From Macrostomum lignano (taxonomy: Eukaryota), in assembly GCA_002269645.1 (NCBI GenBank), contig NIVC01002750.1, forward strand, positions 37,250 to 101,249: DNA of 64,000 bases, given 5' to 3'. This document shows positions 53,076-64,000 of the stretch, one piece after another. Position numbers and translations under genes: made by a program. Under the pieces are notes generated by a model. That model was not told where the DNA came from. It did no database searches and saw only the letters and a list, made by a program, of their open reading frames with translations. Position 1 is the stretch's first letter. Every line of letters begins with the position of its first letter.

Positions 53076-54400
53076 ATACATACATATTTTATTTGACGTA
53101 AACATCGTTCGATGCCTCTTGCACACAAAAATGGCGCAATTGGCACACTTTTTGTTTCGCGTGTTCAGCGAGTACTTCTCCGCACTTGTGCTCCTTTCCG
53201 CCATGCACAGTCGGCATCGCCCTCGCTCGCCTGCTGACCGATCGGTAGTAACGCATTCAGGGGGCTGATAATTTGGTTGGATTTTCAACACCGTGTTGAA
53301 AAGACTACGTAGATGACTAGACATGCCGGTTAGGTCATTCGCACGGCGTTCAATCTGCGGTTGAAGCAACCTGGAAGCAGCTTGAAGGAGAAATTCTTTG
53401 CGAGTTAGGCCCGTGTGACCTGAAAGACGGTAAACTCTGTGGTCATTGATCCATGCCACATTGAGCATGTGTCCAGTGAAAATGGTCTTTTCAAGACAGC
53501 GCGATATGCGATGGCAGTTCATATTGCTACCATTCTGTTGATCCTGTCGGTGCCAGCCTTCGTTGCGTTGAAGTGCTGGATCAGCTCTGGTTTGTTCTTT
53601 GGAAGCACACGTCGGCTGTCATTGTGATTAGTGGATAACAGAATTACAGTCCTCTGCTTGCTTGAAGCACGCACGACTGTTAAAGGCCCGTCATACAAGA
53701 ACTCCGGCTGACTTGGTCTCTTGTTGTCCTTGAATTGAGGTAGAAGGACTTTTTTTAGAGGCAGGGGGGTTGTGTGCACCCTAGCGCACTTTAAGCGACA
53801 TAGGCACACAACCGGCGAGAGGCATTACTGCCCGTTCTGCCGATTCCCCTGAGCAGGCATACAAGCGCGCGGATACGTACGCAGGCACACACTCACACAG
53901 GAGTGTACAGCGGCCCTAACTTTATTTTATCGTTAGGCATGTACACTTCACTGCGCCTTGGGGGGTTGGCTCTCAAGGCCGTTAATTGCACGAGCAGAGC
54001 CAAGCTGAGATTCCAATTCAGCCCCAAATTAATGTAACTGCACTTGGAATCGAGCCTGGGTCGCTGGCACACCAGAGCCTGCGCTAGACCGCTGGGCTAC
54101 GGCCCCCCAGGTAGCAGGACTTGCGATCACGCTTCACGGTTCCCAGAAGTGTTATTTTCTTATCGTAGAGCGCTGCTGCCACCCTTGGGCTAGTAAAAAA
54201 CGATCAGCGGTAATGTTTACCCGAAAGCCTTCGAAAGTGTTGGATAGACGAAGCAGTACTTGCTCGCCACTCCAGTATTTGCCGACGCCACCGCTCTCTT
54301 TCATCAGCAGGTTGTTTTCTGCGATGTACAATTCTAACTTGTACACATAATGTAATGTGTCACTCCTTTCTTCGATCGGATTTCGAGCAGTCGTTGCCAA
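53076..54400 (-). mobile_element. piggyBac (PGBD4-like) transposase relic, middle and C-terminal parts, interrupted by a SINE
   Basis: YVYKLELY...GEQVLLRL...NITADRF (second Asp), KPELIQHFNATKAGTDRINRM (third Asp region), C-terminal Cys-rich domain RGRCRLC...CANCAIFVCKRH...CMYC. Confidence 0.8.
53850..54108 (-). mobile_element. tRNA-derived SINE (best-preserved head)
   Basis: Minus strand GGGGGGCCGTAGCCCAGCGG (A box) ... GGCTCGATTCC (B box) followed by the shared core. Confidence 0.7.
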
Positions 54401-54439
54401 GAAAAACTCAGGCCGTTTCTGGCCATCAATCAACATGTG

Positions 54440-54760
54440 TATGAGTACAAAGGGATCCTGCAGCAACTGCTTCCCTCAGAACGAGACAAGAGACGCGATT
54501 TGTGGGTAGCCAACTCGTGGTTCCTTCATCAGGACAATGCGCTAGCTCACAATGCTCTGAGTGTCAGGGAGTATCTTGCGAATAGGAATGTCGCAGTGCT
54601 AGACCAGCTTCCATATTCACCCGATCTAGCTCTGTGCGATCTTTTCCTATTTCCCAAGCTCAAGGAGGTTCTCAAAGGTACTCAATTTCCTGATGTTGAT
54701 ACCATCAGAAGGGCCATGACGACGAAAATGCCTGCAAAGTATTCCCAAAGAAGCCACAGT
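54440..54760 (+). mobile_element. mariner (DD34D) transposase fragment
   Basis: WFLHQDNALAH...LDQLPYSPDLALCDLFLFPKLKEVLKG. Confidence 0.88.
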
Positions 54761-54799
54761 GCCAACTCTGAGTTGGTGCTCCTTCATCCACTCCACCGT

Positions 54800-55665
54800 T
54801 AAAAAAACTGCGTGGTCAAACTAGGCTGGTGTAATTTAATGTACGAAGCTTGAATAATTCCTGGTTTGGAATATATTTTGCAACCATCTAACACCTTGAT
54901 CAGCTGCATGGGATCGTTGTCACGAAACACGCAGTGCAACCTAACAAGTGATATTGAATCGCAAAACTTTTTAGCTAGTAGTGTTCTCCTAATTGCTCTT
55001 GTGTCCAGGTCGTATCGCTTAGTTTTTCTTATGTAGGACACGCTCTGATCAACAATCGATCAGAGCAACGGAATTGATAGCCAACACCTGCCTTGAGAGG
55101 AAGACGAACAACTGACTTTAGCCTGCTACTCGTAGCAAACCGACCAACTTTTCAGTACGGAACACAATACGAACTCGGCATTATATAGCCATTTAGAGAT
55201 AAGCTGTTTCGAGTTTTTCTCGAAGTCAACAAGAGACAAGCAAACATTAGTACAGGATCGAGTTACCACAGCATCTCATTGCTAAACATCGGATTGTTTA
55301 TGGAGCGGAGCGCGAAATTGAGTGCAAAGATTAATTGGCAATAGAAAAGGCCGCGCGGCGGCATAAATACGCAGGCAACCACCCACACAGTTTAAACTCC
55401 ACTTTTGACAAGAACAGTTTTGGCAAGACAATAAACGTAGCAGAGTAATGGACACAATTTGAGTGGGTGGAATTGATTACATTGAAAAATTCAGAATTGG
55501 TCCTTTGTCAAACACGGCATACCTGTCATCCACGTAGCGCCTGTAAAACCACGAGGCACAGGGCAGTTTCGACCACTTCTCTTCCCAATGAGCCATGCAC
55601 AAGTTGGCAAGAGTAGGGGCTAAACGGCTACCCATGGCGGTAGGGATTTGCCAGTAATACTTGTA
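54800..55665 (-). mobile_element. Penelope-like element relic (RT and GIY-YIG fragments)
   Basis: YYWQIPTAMGSRLAPTLANLCMAHWEEK...RRYVDD at ~55515-55665; SYIRKTKR...QASYIKLHQPSLTTQ GIY-YIG-like tail at 54800-55041. Confidence 0.75.
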
Positions 55666-56367
55666 GTGTGAGCATCTTTTGTGTAATTTCTGAATTCTAT
55701 TAGTTAGTTAGCTTCTGTATTATTGTTGATAATTATTGTATTCTGCTTTAATTTAGTCACGTTTTCAATGTACTTTTTTTCTTGTTAGTTTGAGTTTATT
55801 TTGCGTAAACAGGGTAGAAGTCAGACGCCAATTTCGTGACTCAGCGGAGGGTTGAAGTTTTTGCAAACCCCAGCTTTGCGCGGCCAGCCAATCAAGATCG
55901 GCCTGGACCCTGGCACGCGGCAAAATCCAACTCTACCCGGCGCCGCGGGCAGAGTGCAAGTCAGCTTAGCGAGCGGCCGGCAAGACGACCACCACCCGGC
56001 TTGAGGGGGGTTGTGAGGGGTCTGACAGTGACTTTAAATGAAAGTTTGTTTGGCGGTCGGATCTCATGCACCTTCCCTCCCCGGCTTTTGGTTTTGTTCC
56101 AACTTCCCGGCCGTTTTGCCCTATTTTTGGTTCGCGCTTGAGGCGCCCAATTTCTTCACCCCGGTCCGTGTTTTACCCCCTGCCCGACCGCTTCAGTCAG
56201 CTTATAGCGTAACGATACGGCATCAGTGTCTGAAGTCGTCGCTATTAAGCGCGGTCTAGATAGAGACTGACGGATTCGACAAAGTACGTGGCCTCGACCC
56301 AGAGGGCCTCAGTGTCACACTGAAGGGCAGCGCTGATAGAACTTAGTCAGTGCTCCGCTGAACAGTC

Positions 56368-57201
56368 TGTCACGTTATTGACGTAGTGACTATAACCCTT
56401 AAAAGGGCCGTTTTGACGAGAATTGTCGTTAAGTGGTTGTAGTCCCAAAATGAACCGAAGTCAATTCTTGCGAAGCGGATTGTGTAGCGGAGCACTTGGC
56501 GTATAAAGGCAGGGAACTGCCGTAGCTAATTTATTGTCGAGATCAATATTGGAAATGGTTAATGTCAATACAAAACTTATAGCGCTCTGGGCACTGGCGG
56601 CTGCAACAATGGTTGATGTGATTAGAATATGAAGTCAAGTAGCAGACGAAGGATGCAATGGCGACGCAACGTGGTAAGCGATGGCGATGAGCACAGTGCA
56701 GGCAGTGAGTAGCAAGTAGACAGGCAGATAGGTAGTGGCGAGATTGGGCGTTAGCCCGGGGCAGTACACAGTGGAGTAACAGTGCGTAAACAGGCTGGCC
56801 CAGACAGAGGAGCCGTGTCGAGAGATAAGGAGGCTCGAGGCAGCCAGGAGAGAGAAGGAAAACAGAGGCCGCGAGGGAAGGAAAACCAAGTGAAGACCCC
56901 CCAGGCCGCCGCCAGGCGGGGGTTAATAAAGGAGCGCAGAAAGGTTAGCATAATGTATGCGGAGAGTTTTCATTGGCTGGCGAGAGAAAAACAAGAAACT
57001 GAAATTATTGATCGCGCGAGACCCTGCAAGCGTACGCAAGGATTACAAAGTACGCAGTGATTTAGCAATTGATACAGGTTCGTTGCGCGCTACTACAAGT
57101 AAACGTGAGAATACGGGATTGGAAAATTTAAATAAGAAATTGTAGGGAAATTGTAGTCCAACGGCCCTTTTGCGGGACCACTTAAAAGTGGCAACGTCAC
57201 A
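56368..57201. mobile_element. Solo LTR (TGTCAC...GTCACA), 4 bp TSD AGTC; diverged relative of 49051-49815
   Basis: TSD AGTC at 56364-56367 and 57202-57205; shared blocks GCACTGGCGGCT, GAAATTATTGATCGCGCG, ACAAAGTACGCAGT. Confidence 0.85.
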
Positions 57202-58375
57202 AGTCGATTCGTCAGGGCTCTCGTTGAGAGTAGGTTCTGGGTTAGGCCAGTGTGGTTAGGAGTCTTTCTCCGTGGTTTCGTGTTCGGTTTCTTCTTCTTC
57301 AAGCTTAGATCCGCTCGCCAGTGCGTTATCTAACTAATAAATTATTATTATCGTTATTGTTCGTTTATCAGTGCTCGAAATTTAATTGCGTTGCGAATTT
57401 GTATTAAGGATTTTAATCAACTTGAAGTCATTTAATTAAATCGTCTGAGTCCATTACTCATTAGCTATTCTTACTAGGATTATCACTCTCTAAATCCATT
57501 CGGATCGTTTTCACCTGTGTTCTTCCTTTTCTTGTACCGTACTGCGACTATTGGAGAAAGATTGGTAGAACTCGCTGACCGGCGATAGGCAATAGGGCCA
57601 ATAGTTTTAAAATCTCTGTACGCTCCAAAGTATGTTTGTCTAGGGCCTAAACTATCCTATTGCTTATCGTGCATGCTATTTATTTAATTATATTCATCAC
57701 ATACTGGTTCTCAAACATTAAAATCCCGGGAGCACGAGAACTGCTTGCAGACGAATCGTCAGCCGATATTTTCCCATAGGAGATTTGCCTGTGGAGTCCC
57801 AAGGTCGGTCGCGTGATGCACTCCAAAGATTGTTGCCCTCACAGTCTCTCTTCGATTGGCCACCGGTGTCCAGACGTCACCGAGTATTTTTACTCATCAT
57901 CAAGTCCGTAGCTAGTATGACCGTCGGTGCACCCATTTCTCGAAAACGACTCACCACCTCCTTCACTATGCGCCCAGCACGGGCGATTCACGCGGGAATC
58001 CCTCCGGGATTTCGCATGACTTGCCATGACACATGAAAAAACCCGGCGTTTTCCTTCGTGTGGCATGGCAAATCATGCGAAATCCCGCCAGAGAAACACG
58101 CGTGTTCCCGTAAAATGTGAACGCGTGGGCATGCCGGTTTCACGCGTTATTTTTCCCCTATATGTATTGAATAACAACAACAACAACAAAGTACGCAGCC
58201 CCGCATGCAAAGTCACAGTGAGAGCAGGGCGCGTCTGGACAGACAGTACAAGATAAGAAAAGTCAGGTGAACGTCATTTACCGTGCGTTCACCTACCACA
58301 ACTTTTGTTAGAATTTCACCCCTTCTATTTCATCCACTTATTTTTTTCTAGGCCTGCTTTTAGCCTATCAGAACT

Positions 58376-58419
58376 CATCGCCTGACGATGCCACATGTGT
58401 GGCGAAACATGTCGCTAAG
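58376..58419 (+). ncRNA. Minimal hammerhead ribozyme motif, copy C
   Basis: Identical core to copy B. Confidence 0.6.
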
Positions 58420-58999
58420 CTAAAATAGTCAAGATGATTCATAATCATTTTGTAAGATAACGCCTCAAATGATAACGTTGTTATTATTACGAGCGTATTA
58501 GGCGTAGCAACCTACCAAAGCTATTCAAATTACAGAAAGAAACAGAGCAGAAAATGGCACAAGATTGCGCAAAGGTTTGGGTGCAGTACGCTCGTAAAAA
58601 CAGAAAAAATATTATATGTGCTTGACTACTATGGTAAGTAGAATAAAACATAAATATGATCAGAGAGTGAGGCGCGTATGCAAGTATGATGGTGCGAATA
58701 TTAGGGCCCTCCAAGCCAATGAAGGCAATTGCCAAGATTGGAGGAAGAAAGGGAGGCGGTGTGAATGAAATGAAGTGATGTGATTCGGTATTTACAGGGC
58801 TACATTATTCATCTCCTAAAACAGTGCAAGGTAGCCGTGCTAACCAAAAAATAATGTAGCACTATACGGCGTCCAAGGTCCAAAAAGTTTATAATTACAA
58901 TATTTAGCCAAATAATTAATTTCGCTTTTGTCAAAAACAAAACTCCAGGAACTGCTTTCACTGGTTCTTATTCTGCACATGATGAAGCGTCGGCACATT

Positions 59000-60467
59000 C
59001 ACCCTGCTGTGGAAACCTTTCTAAACGTGTGCCGCAGACAATTTGGCACGCAGGCACAATCGGCGTCTTCACTGCTAATACTGCAGTTGCAGTTGTTGTT
59101 CCCGGTGGTATTTTAGGCTTGCAATTCGAGCAGAGTCGAGACAGGGTGCGCCGCATTATCACCGATGGGCGATGCTTCTTGAAGGCTTTAAAGAACCGAC
59201 TTCGAACCAGCTCTATCTGACTTGGCCAATGTTTAAAATGGTCTGACGAAATTCGAAATTCTTCTGCAGCAAGTCGATCTGTTGGGTCAGTAGAGCTACG
59301 CCAAAGTTTAACACAAAGAATGCTACTAGAAGAAACGTGCCCACTAGAGGCAGCAACGAGATGTAGTCGCTCACGCCAGGAAAGCTGGCGAGGCTGAATG
59401 CGCAGCGAAACGTACGACCAATGTACTCCACGACGCAAGCCCACGAGTAAAACGAGCATTCGATGAAAGGTTGGCTAAAAATCATTGTAACGCAAACCAT
59501 TGACACCGGGAGCATTACGATAATCGTTACCTTTATTGTTGCGCTCATGCAGAAGGCAAGCTTGAAAAACACCTGATGAAATGAACTCATTTCGCACATG
59601 AAGAAGTACAGCATGAGAAAAGAAAACAAGATGTTGCACACAATGATGGTCTGCAGACGAGTTGGATCCACAATCAGACGACCGTCGAGTTCAAAGTAGC
59701 TCGCAGGATCGTTAAAAAAGCTCTGCTCAAAGGCAATTGACAAAATCTGTTGGAAAAGGAATACAATAAAGGATAGTTCTTTTAATCTTATTCCTCTCAT
59801 TGCCAGAGCATCTTTGCACAATTGCAGTCCAGTGTGACGCTTGCGCACCAACTCGAGCTGGCTTCGATAATCCATCACTCTGGTAAATATCCAACAGGGT
59901 AGGGATAGTAAAAACCCTACCTGAAGAACAATTCGCAGGTACAAGACGGGCCTGAACCCGGATACGACAGAGGCTGGAATGAGCTGAAGATAAGACTGAT
60001 TGGAATTGTCTGTACCAGCAAGGAACACCTGCACATTGGAGTCGAACGTGTCCCTCGTGAATATCCGAACCATAAGTGTCAACAGCTCTGTCGTGTACAA
60101 AAACAAATAATAGAACAGTGACACAAACGACATTGCTTGACTCTTTTTCAGGTGCACAATGCTGGTGAAGTAGGCCTGTGTTGCCGGACTATTGTAAAAG
60201 CAAACATAGCCACTAGGAATGTTCTCACTCAGAATGACTTGTCCGAGCCTGGTCAGATGCTGGAACGGAGATTTTAGGAATCGGTCACCGCCATCGCTGC
60301 AGTAGCAGGAGAGGTCGAACTCCTGGATAGTCAGGCTCGGATCCGTTGGATGCCTCCGTTCTTTGAGTAGGTAGCCGGGAGCGTTGGCGAACGCAGCGGC
60401 CAGATGAAAGCAGTCTCTGGCAGCAGCGTACTCAAGAACTGTCAAGCATTCGTCGGTCATTTCTACA
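59000..60467 (-). pseudogene. Divergent TRP-like channel, copy 3; 5'-truncated and with a 4 bp deletion near the C-terminus
   Basis: Homology to copy 2 stops at ~60467; GGCCAATGTTT here versus GGCCAATAAAAGTTT in copies 1 and 2 gives TILNIGQVR*. Confidence 0.8.
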
Positions 60468-61929
60468 GTGGGGTAAATCTCAGATTGAAATGTACGTAAG
60501 TTATAAACAAATTTTTTCTTACATCAGGAATTTCATTGTTAAATTAGAAGCAATTGTACATGAATTTAACTTTAGTTCATAAAAAACTGATTAAAAAATA
60601 TTTTTTTAAACTTTTAGTCAAAGTTTATGTTTTTTTGTGGCGATAGCGACCAAAAACGTATTTTTCTGACTTGTATCTTAAGTACGTTTTTTTGTTTCAT
60701 AATGTTTTTTTGTGCACGTGTAATATATTTGTCTATGGGAAAATGACTGAAAATATTGGGGAAAACCTTCATCTGTGAGCTTGTGGATGTTTTACCGCTG
60801 TGTTTTCAATATTTATGAACTTATTTGGCCCTGTCTCGATTGCATGATATTTGTCTACTGTTAAAAAGTTCCTGTAAGGTGTAAGTTTTCTGATAAACAA
60901 TGCCAACCATTATGATCTTCAGTGATTCATTCTTTCAGATACATTTTAAATATTGTTATTCCATTTTATCTGCGACTGTCAATGCACTGTTACTTACTTA
61001 TGCCTATTGATGTTACATTTAGACTTTTTTCATAAGCACAAAATTTCCTGTAAGGTGTAAGTTTACTCAGCTCATAAGCATGTAAATGTTCCCAAATCTT
61101 CTAATTATGTAGAAAAATACTAAACAAAGAGTAGTTTTTCATTGCATGTTCTTGTGATTTTACTAAAGAAGTATAGACTTTATTAAGTTCATTATATTGG
61201 GTTTTAACCATTTATAGCCAAGTAGCATACTTAAGTAAGCAGTTTTGTTTATGTTTGTGTGAAAATCTGTGATGATTCACTTCTAATGATATTCACTTTT
61301 GATCTTATGAGTATATCTTGAGCTCTAACGCTCAGTAATCCACAGAAAAATTCTAATTTATTCCTGCCAATCTATTTAGTATGTTCCTCTAATATCACCA
61401 TATTTGAATGCTGTTTTGGCTAGCATAAGCAAAGGACAATAGGTACGGCAGGAACCCTTAGAAATAGATCATATGCTTAGGTCAAAGTAAAAAGAATGCT
61501 GGTATTGTATATTTTAATTGTATTTAATGACCCCTTAGAAAGCCTTTTTAATTAAGAAGCATATCTAATGCTAGATCCGAAGGAGCAGCGTAATTCATTG
61601 TACGAGTATGTTAAGTTCATTACAAGTAACACTAGCATAGTCTATCTACTTCTATTTGTATTTATTTCTATATGTAGCAGTATATGTTTACCTTGCAATC
61701 TGAATGCCATATATATTATTCTATTTAGTCATTTTCAATTAAACTCTGCTATCTCGGTGTTTACATGCAAAAATAGAAAGTGAGAGTCTATATGCCTTTT
61801 TGTAAATTTTGGCAATTTTTAATGTTGACATTCTTAAAATTACTACACTTATTTTCTTTAAATTGATACCAGATACCATGAAGATGATTACAACTCATTC
61901 TCATATGGTTTCTGAGATACACAAATTGA

Positions 61930-62706
61930 CTTCAAAATTCAGCTACTGCAGCACCTGCTCTTTGAGCTGAGCTGTAAATGTCATTCAACATACACAACCA
62001 ATTTTGACAACTCGTTGCTTTCTCGTCGATAGCGTCGAGAAAGTTGTTGGGCAACGATGACTTGTTGCCAGCTTCCTGACTCTCATCGAGATGATGCGGC
62101 ACCCATCGAACAGTGACGTACTGCAGCCACAGGTCCTCTATGCATTTGAGAGTTTGGTGGATGGTGGATGAAGGAACTTTACTGAGTTCCGCCATTTCTT
62201 TGCATGTCCATCGCAGATCGATTTCCAGCAGACCACGGATGAGTTTGATGCTGCTCTCGGTCCGCACTTTCCGGGGTCTCCCAGATCTTGGCTCATTCAG
62301 AGTCGATCGAAGTGCAGCCACTCTTGAAGCGATCATACCTCTTGTACACATCGCGCTGGCAAAGTTCATCCTTGCTGTACGCGTCTACAAGCTGTAGGTG
62401 ACTTGTGCAGCTGGCATTCCTCGCAGCCATTCAGATTTAATTTACCACCGCTGCTCTTCCTGCGGTTCATCTCCCATAACCGCGACGTCGACCGAAGAGG
62501 GAAAGCAATGGTGATGACAATCGCGGTGGGGTTATAATAATACGAGCTAAGAAAGGAGAAAGGTGCAAATACGAGCTAGATAGCTCAAGTGCGCAGGAAA
62601 CGACTGCTGCTGGTCGCAGGACAGCTGTGGTAACAGCTGCAGCCACTAGAGCGATGTCTGTGGTAGAAATGGATCGATTGCACGAACTTTTGAGACGCCC
62701 CTTGTA
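61930..62706 (-). mobile_element. mariner relic, 5' TIR and N-terminal HTH region
   Basis: Minus strand TACAAGGGGCGTCTCAAAAGTTCG TIR at 62683-62706; EPRSGRP...WVPHHL motif. Confidence 0.8.
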
Positions 62707-64000
62707 ATTTTTTGTACCCAGCTGATACTTAAGGTTCTGGGTTTTCCCACGGGGATAGAGTAGTCAAGTGGTTACTTTACTTTATACTACTGATGGGAGG
62801 CACGTACAGGAGCCGCGAAAAGGGACAGGACAAAACATATATATATATATATATGTTTTAGTTCCCAGTTTTGCTTTAGTATTGCTTTGCCATTTCCATT
62901 TTTCCTATAGTTTTCAGTGCCATATCTGCTTTGCATAGTATTTTCCAATCTGCAAGTTTTTCCGTTTTTCTTTTTTTGCCAGCATCATTTTGGCTCGTTT
63001 TTTACTGTTTTACATTTTCCCAGTGCCAGTAGCTGTACGCTTTTCATTGATTTTTTATGGTCTGCACTTCCTAAGTCCAGTGCAGTTCAAGTATCTGTTT
63101 CGGTCTGTTTTTGCTTGCGTATTTAAAAGTAGAAATTAAATGGGGAATATACAATAATTCTACAGACAATATATTTGATCGGTGATGGGAACCTTAATCA
63201 AAAGTTCAAAAGGAAAATTTATAAGAATTTTCAAGTTCTAGCTTTTTAGAAACATACTAGAATGAGAGACTGAGAGAATACTTCGAGTTCTTTACTTCTT
63301 TGGCAAGAAATTAAAGGAAAGTATAGTTAATTTTGTGGTATGGTTTGGAATTTGATAATTGAAAAAGATGATTCAGTTGAAGTAAAGAGGCAAACGTGTA
63401 ATTTGAAAAAACTCAATGCCTTTAACCTAATTAAAATATGTTCTGAATGAACACTCTAGATACATATATCGATGTCAAATATTACAATTTCAATTTGCAG
63501 GTTTCGATCACCAATATTAAATTTCAGTAAAGATAAATAACCCAGTTGAAATCGTTTCTTTGTCATCAATAATAAATTCCGTCCGTTATCAGTCCGTCAA
63601 CGGTAATGTGTTTTCGATATATATTAAAAATGGTTAAGTACCGTGCATTCCGTTTATATTATAAATCAGGCAGATTCATAGCACGTTAAATTATGTAACT
63701 ATAAACAGTGTTCAATTTATAACAAAATGTTAATCAAAAACAAAAAAGATTTTAATGAATACTACTAACCAGTAAAAAAGATAACTCTAACATAACAAAA
63801 ATTACAATTTGTGAGTTAAATAAACAACTGTTTGTCTTCGGTATTAATCGTTGTCAAAATACTCTTCGAAAAAACAAACAGCATACTTTCTTGAAATTCA
63901 GGGTTACTTGTGGTTTTAAGTAGAATAATTATTTATATTATTCTTTTTATCTTTAGATGTAAAGCATTTTTTTCCATGCCACTGAACTTTTATTTTTTGT

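Noticed and set aside
50511-53097. 21 nt match TACATACATATTTTATTTGAC on both sides of the Gypsy element
   Set aside because: AT-rich, not adjacent to the left LTR so not a TSD; probably chance or a small templated repair patch.
54040-54108. Possible tRNA gene (also 6983-7040)
   Set aside because: A and B boxes are present but no convincing cloverleaf or acceptor stem, and it runs into a multicopy core; called a SINE.
57195-57230. Other CTGACGA boxes on - (57212, 57760) as hammerheads
   Set aside because: No stem II followed by GAAA.
60470-64000. AT-rich tail with short ORFs and a duplicated TTCCTGTAAGGTGTAAGTTT
   Set aside because: No coding or terminal-repeat signal apart from the mariner relic.

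Overview
Eukaryotic (invertebrate metazoan) genomic DNA. The GC-rich exons, minisatellite-filled introns and TE mix resemble the flatworm Macrostomum, which is an inference only. Left half (1-29.3 kb) is genic. (i) A multi-exon adhesion GPCR on + (pentraxin/LamG, hormone-receptor domain, GAIN/GPS, 7TM, PDZ-binding tail; its 5' end lies outside the window) that I spliced in frame by hand from 8763 to 21767; its GPS lacks the autoproteolysis consensus. (ii) An intronless, cation-type Cys-loop channel with a degenerate acetylcholine site, nested on the same strand in one of its introns. (iii) A two-exon, low-complexity unknown gene on -. (iv) A two-exon GPI-anchored Ly6/quiver-like protein. Many introns carry their own mini- or microsatellite. 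Right half (30-64 kb) is a segmentally duplicated, TE-dense region with three copies (plus a 3' remnant) of a very divergent intronless TRPV/TRPA-like channel. It also holds a full BEL/Pao LTR element, a deleted CsRn1-like Gypsy, two solo LTRs with TSDs, a THAP/P-element relic, piggyBac, Tc1, mariner and Penelope relics, tRNA-derived SINEs, and three copies of a Penelope-type minimal hammerhead ribozyme motif. No CRISPR, rRNA or genuine tRNA genes were seen. All calls are from manual reading without database searches.
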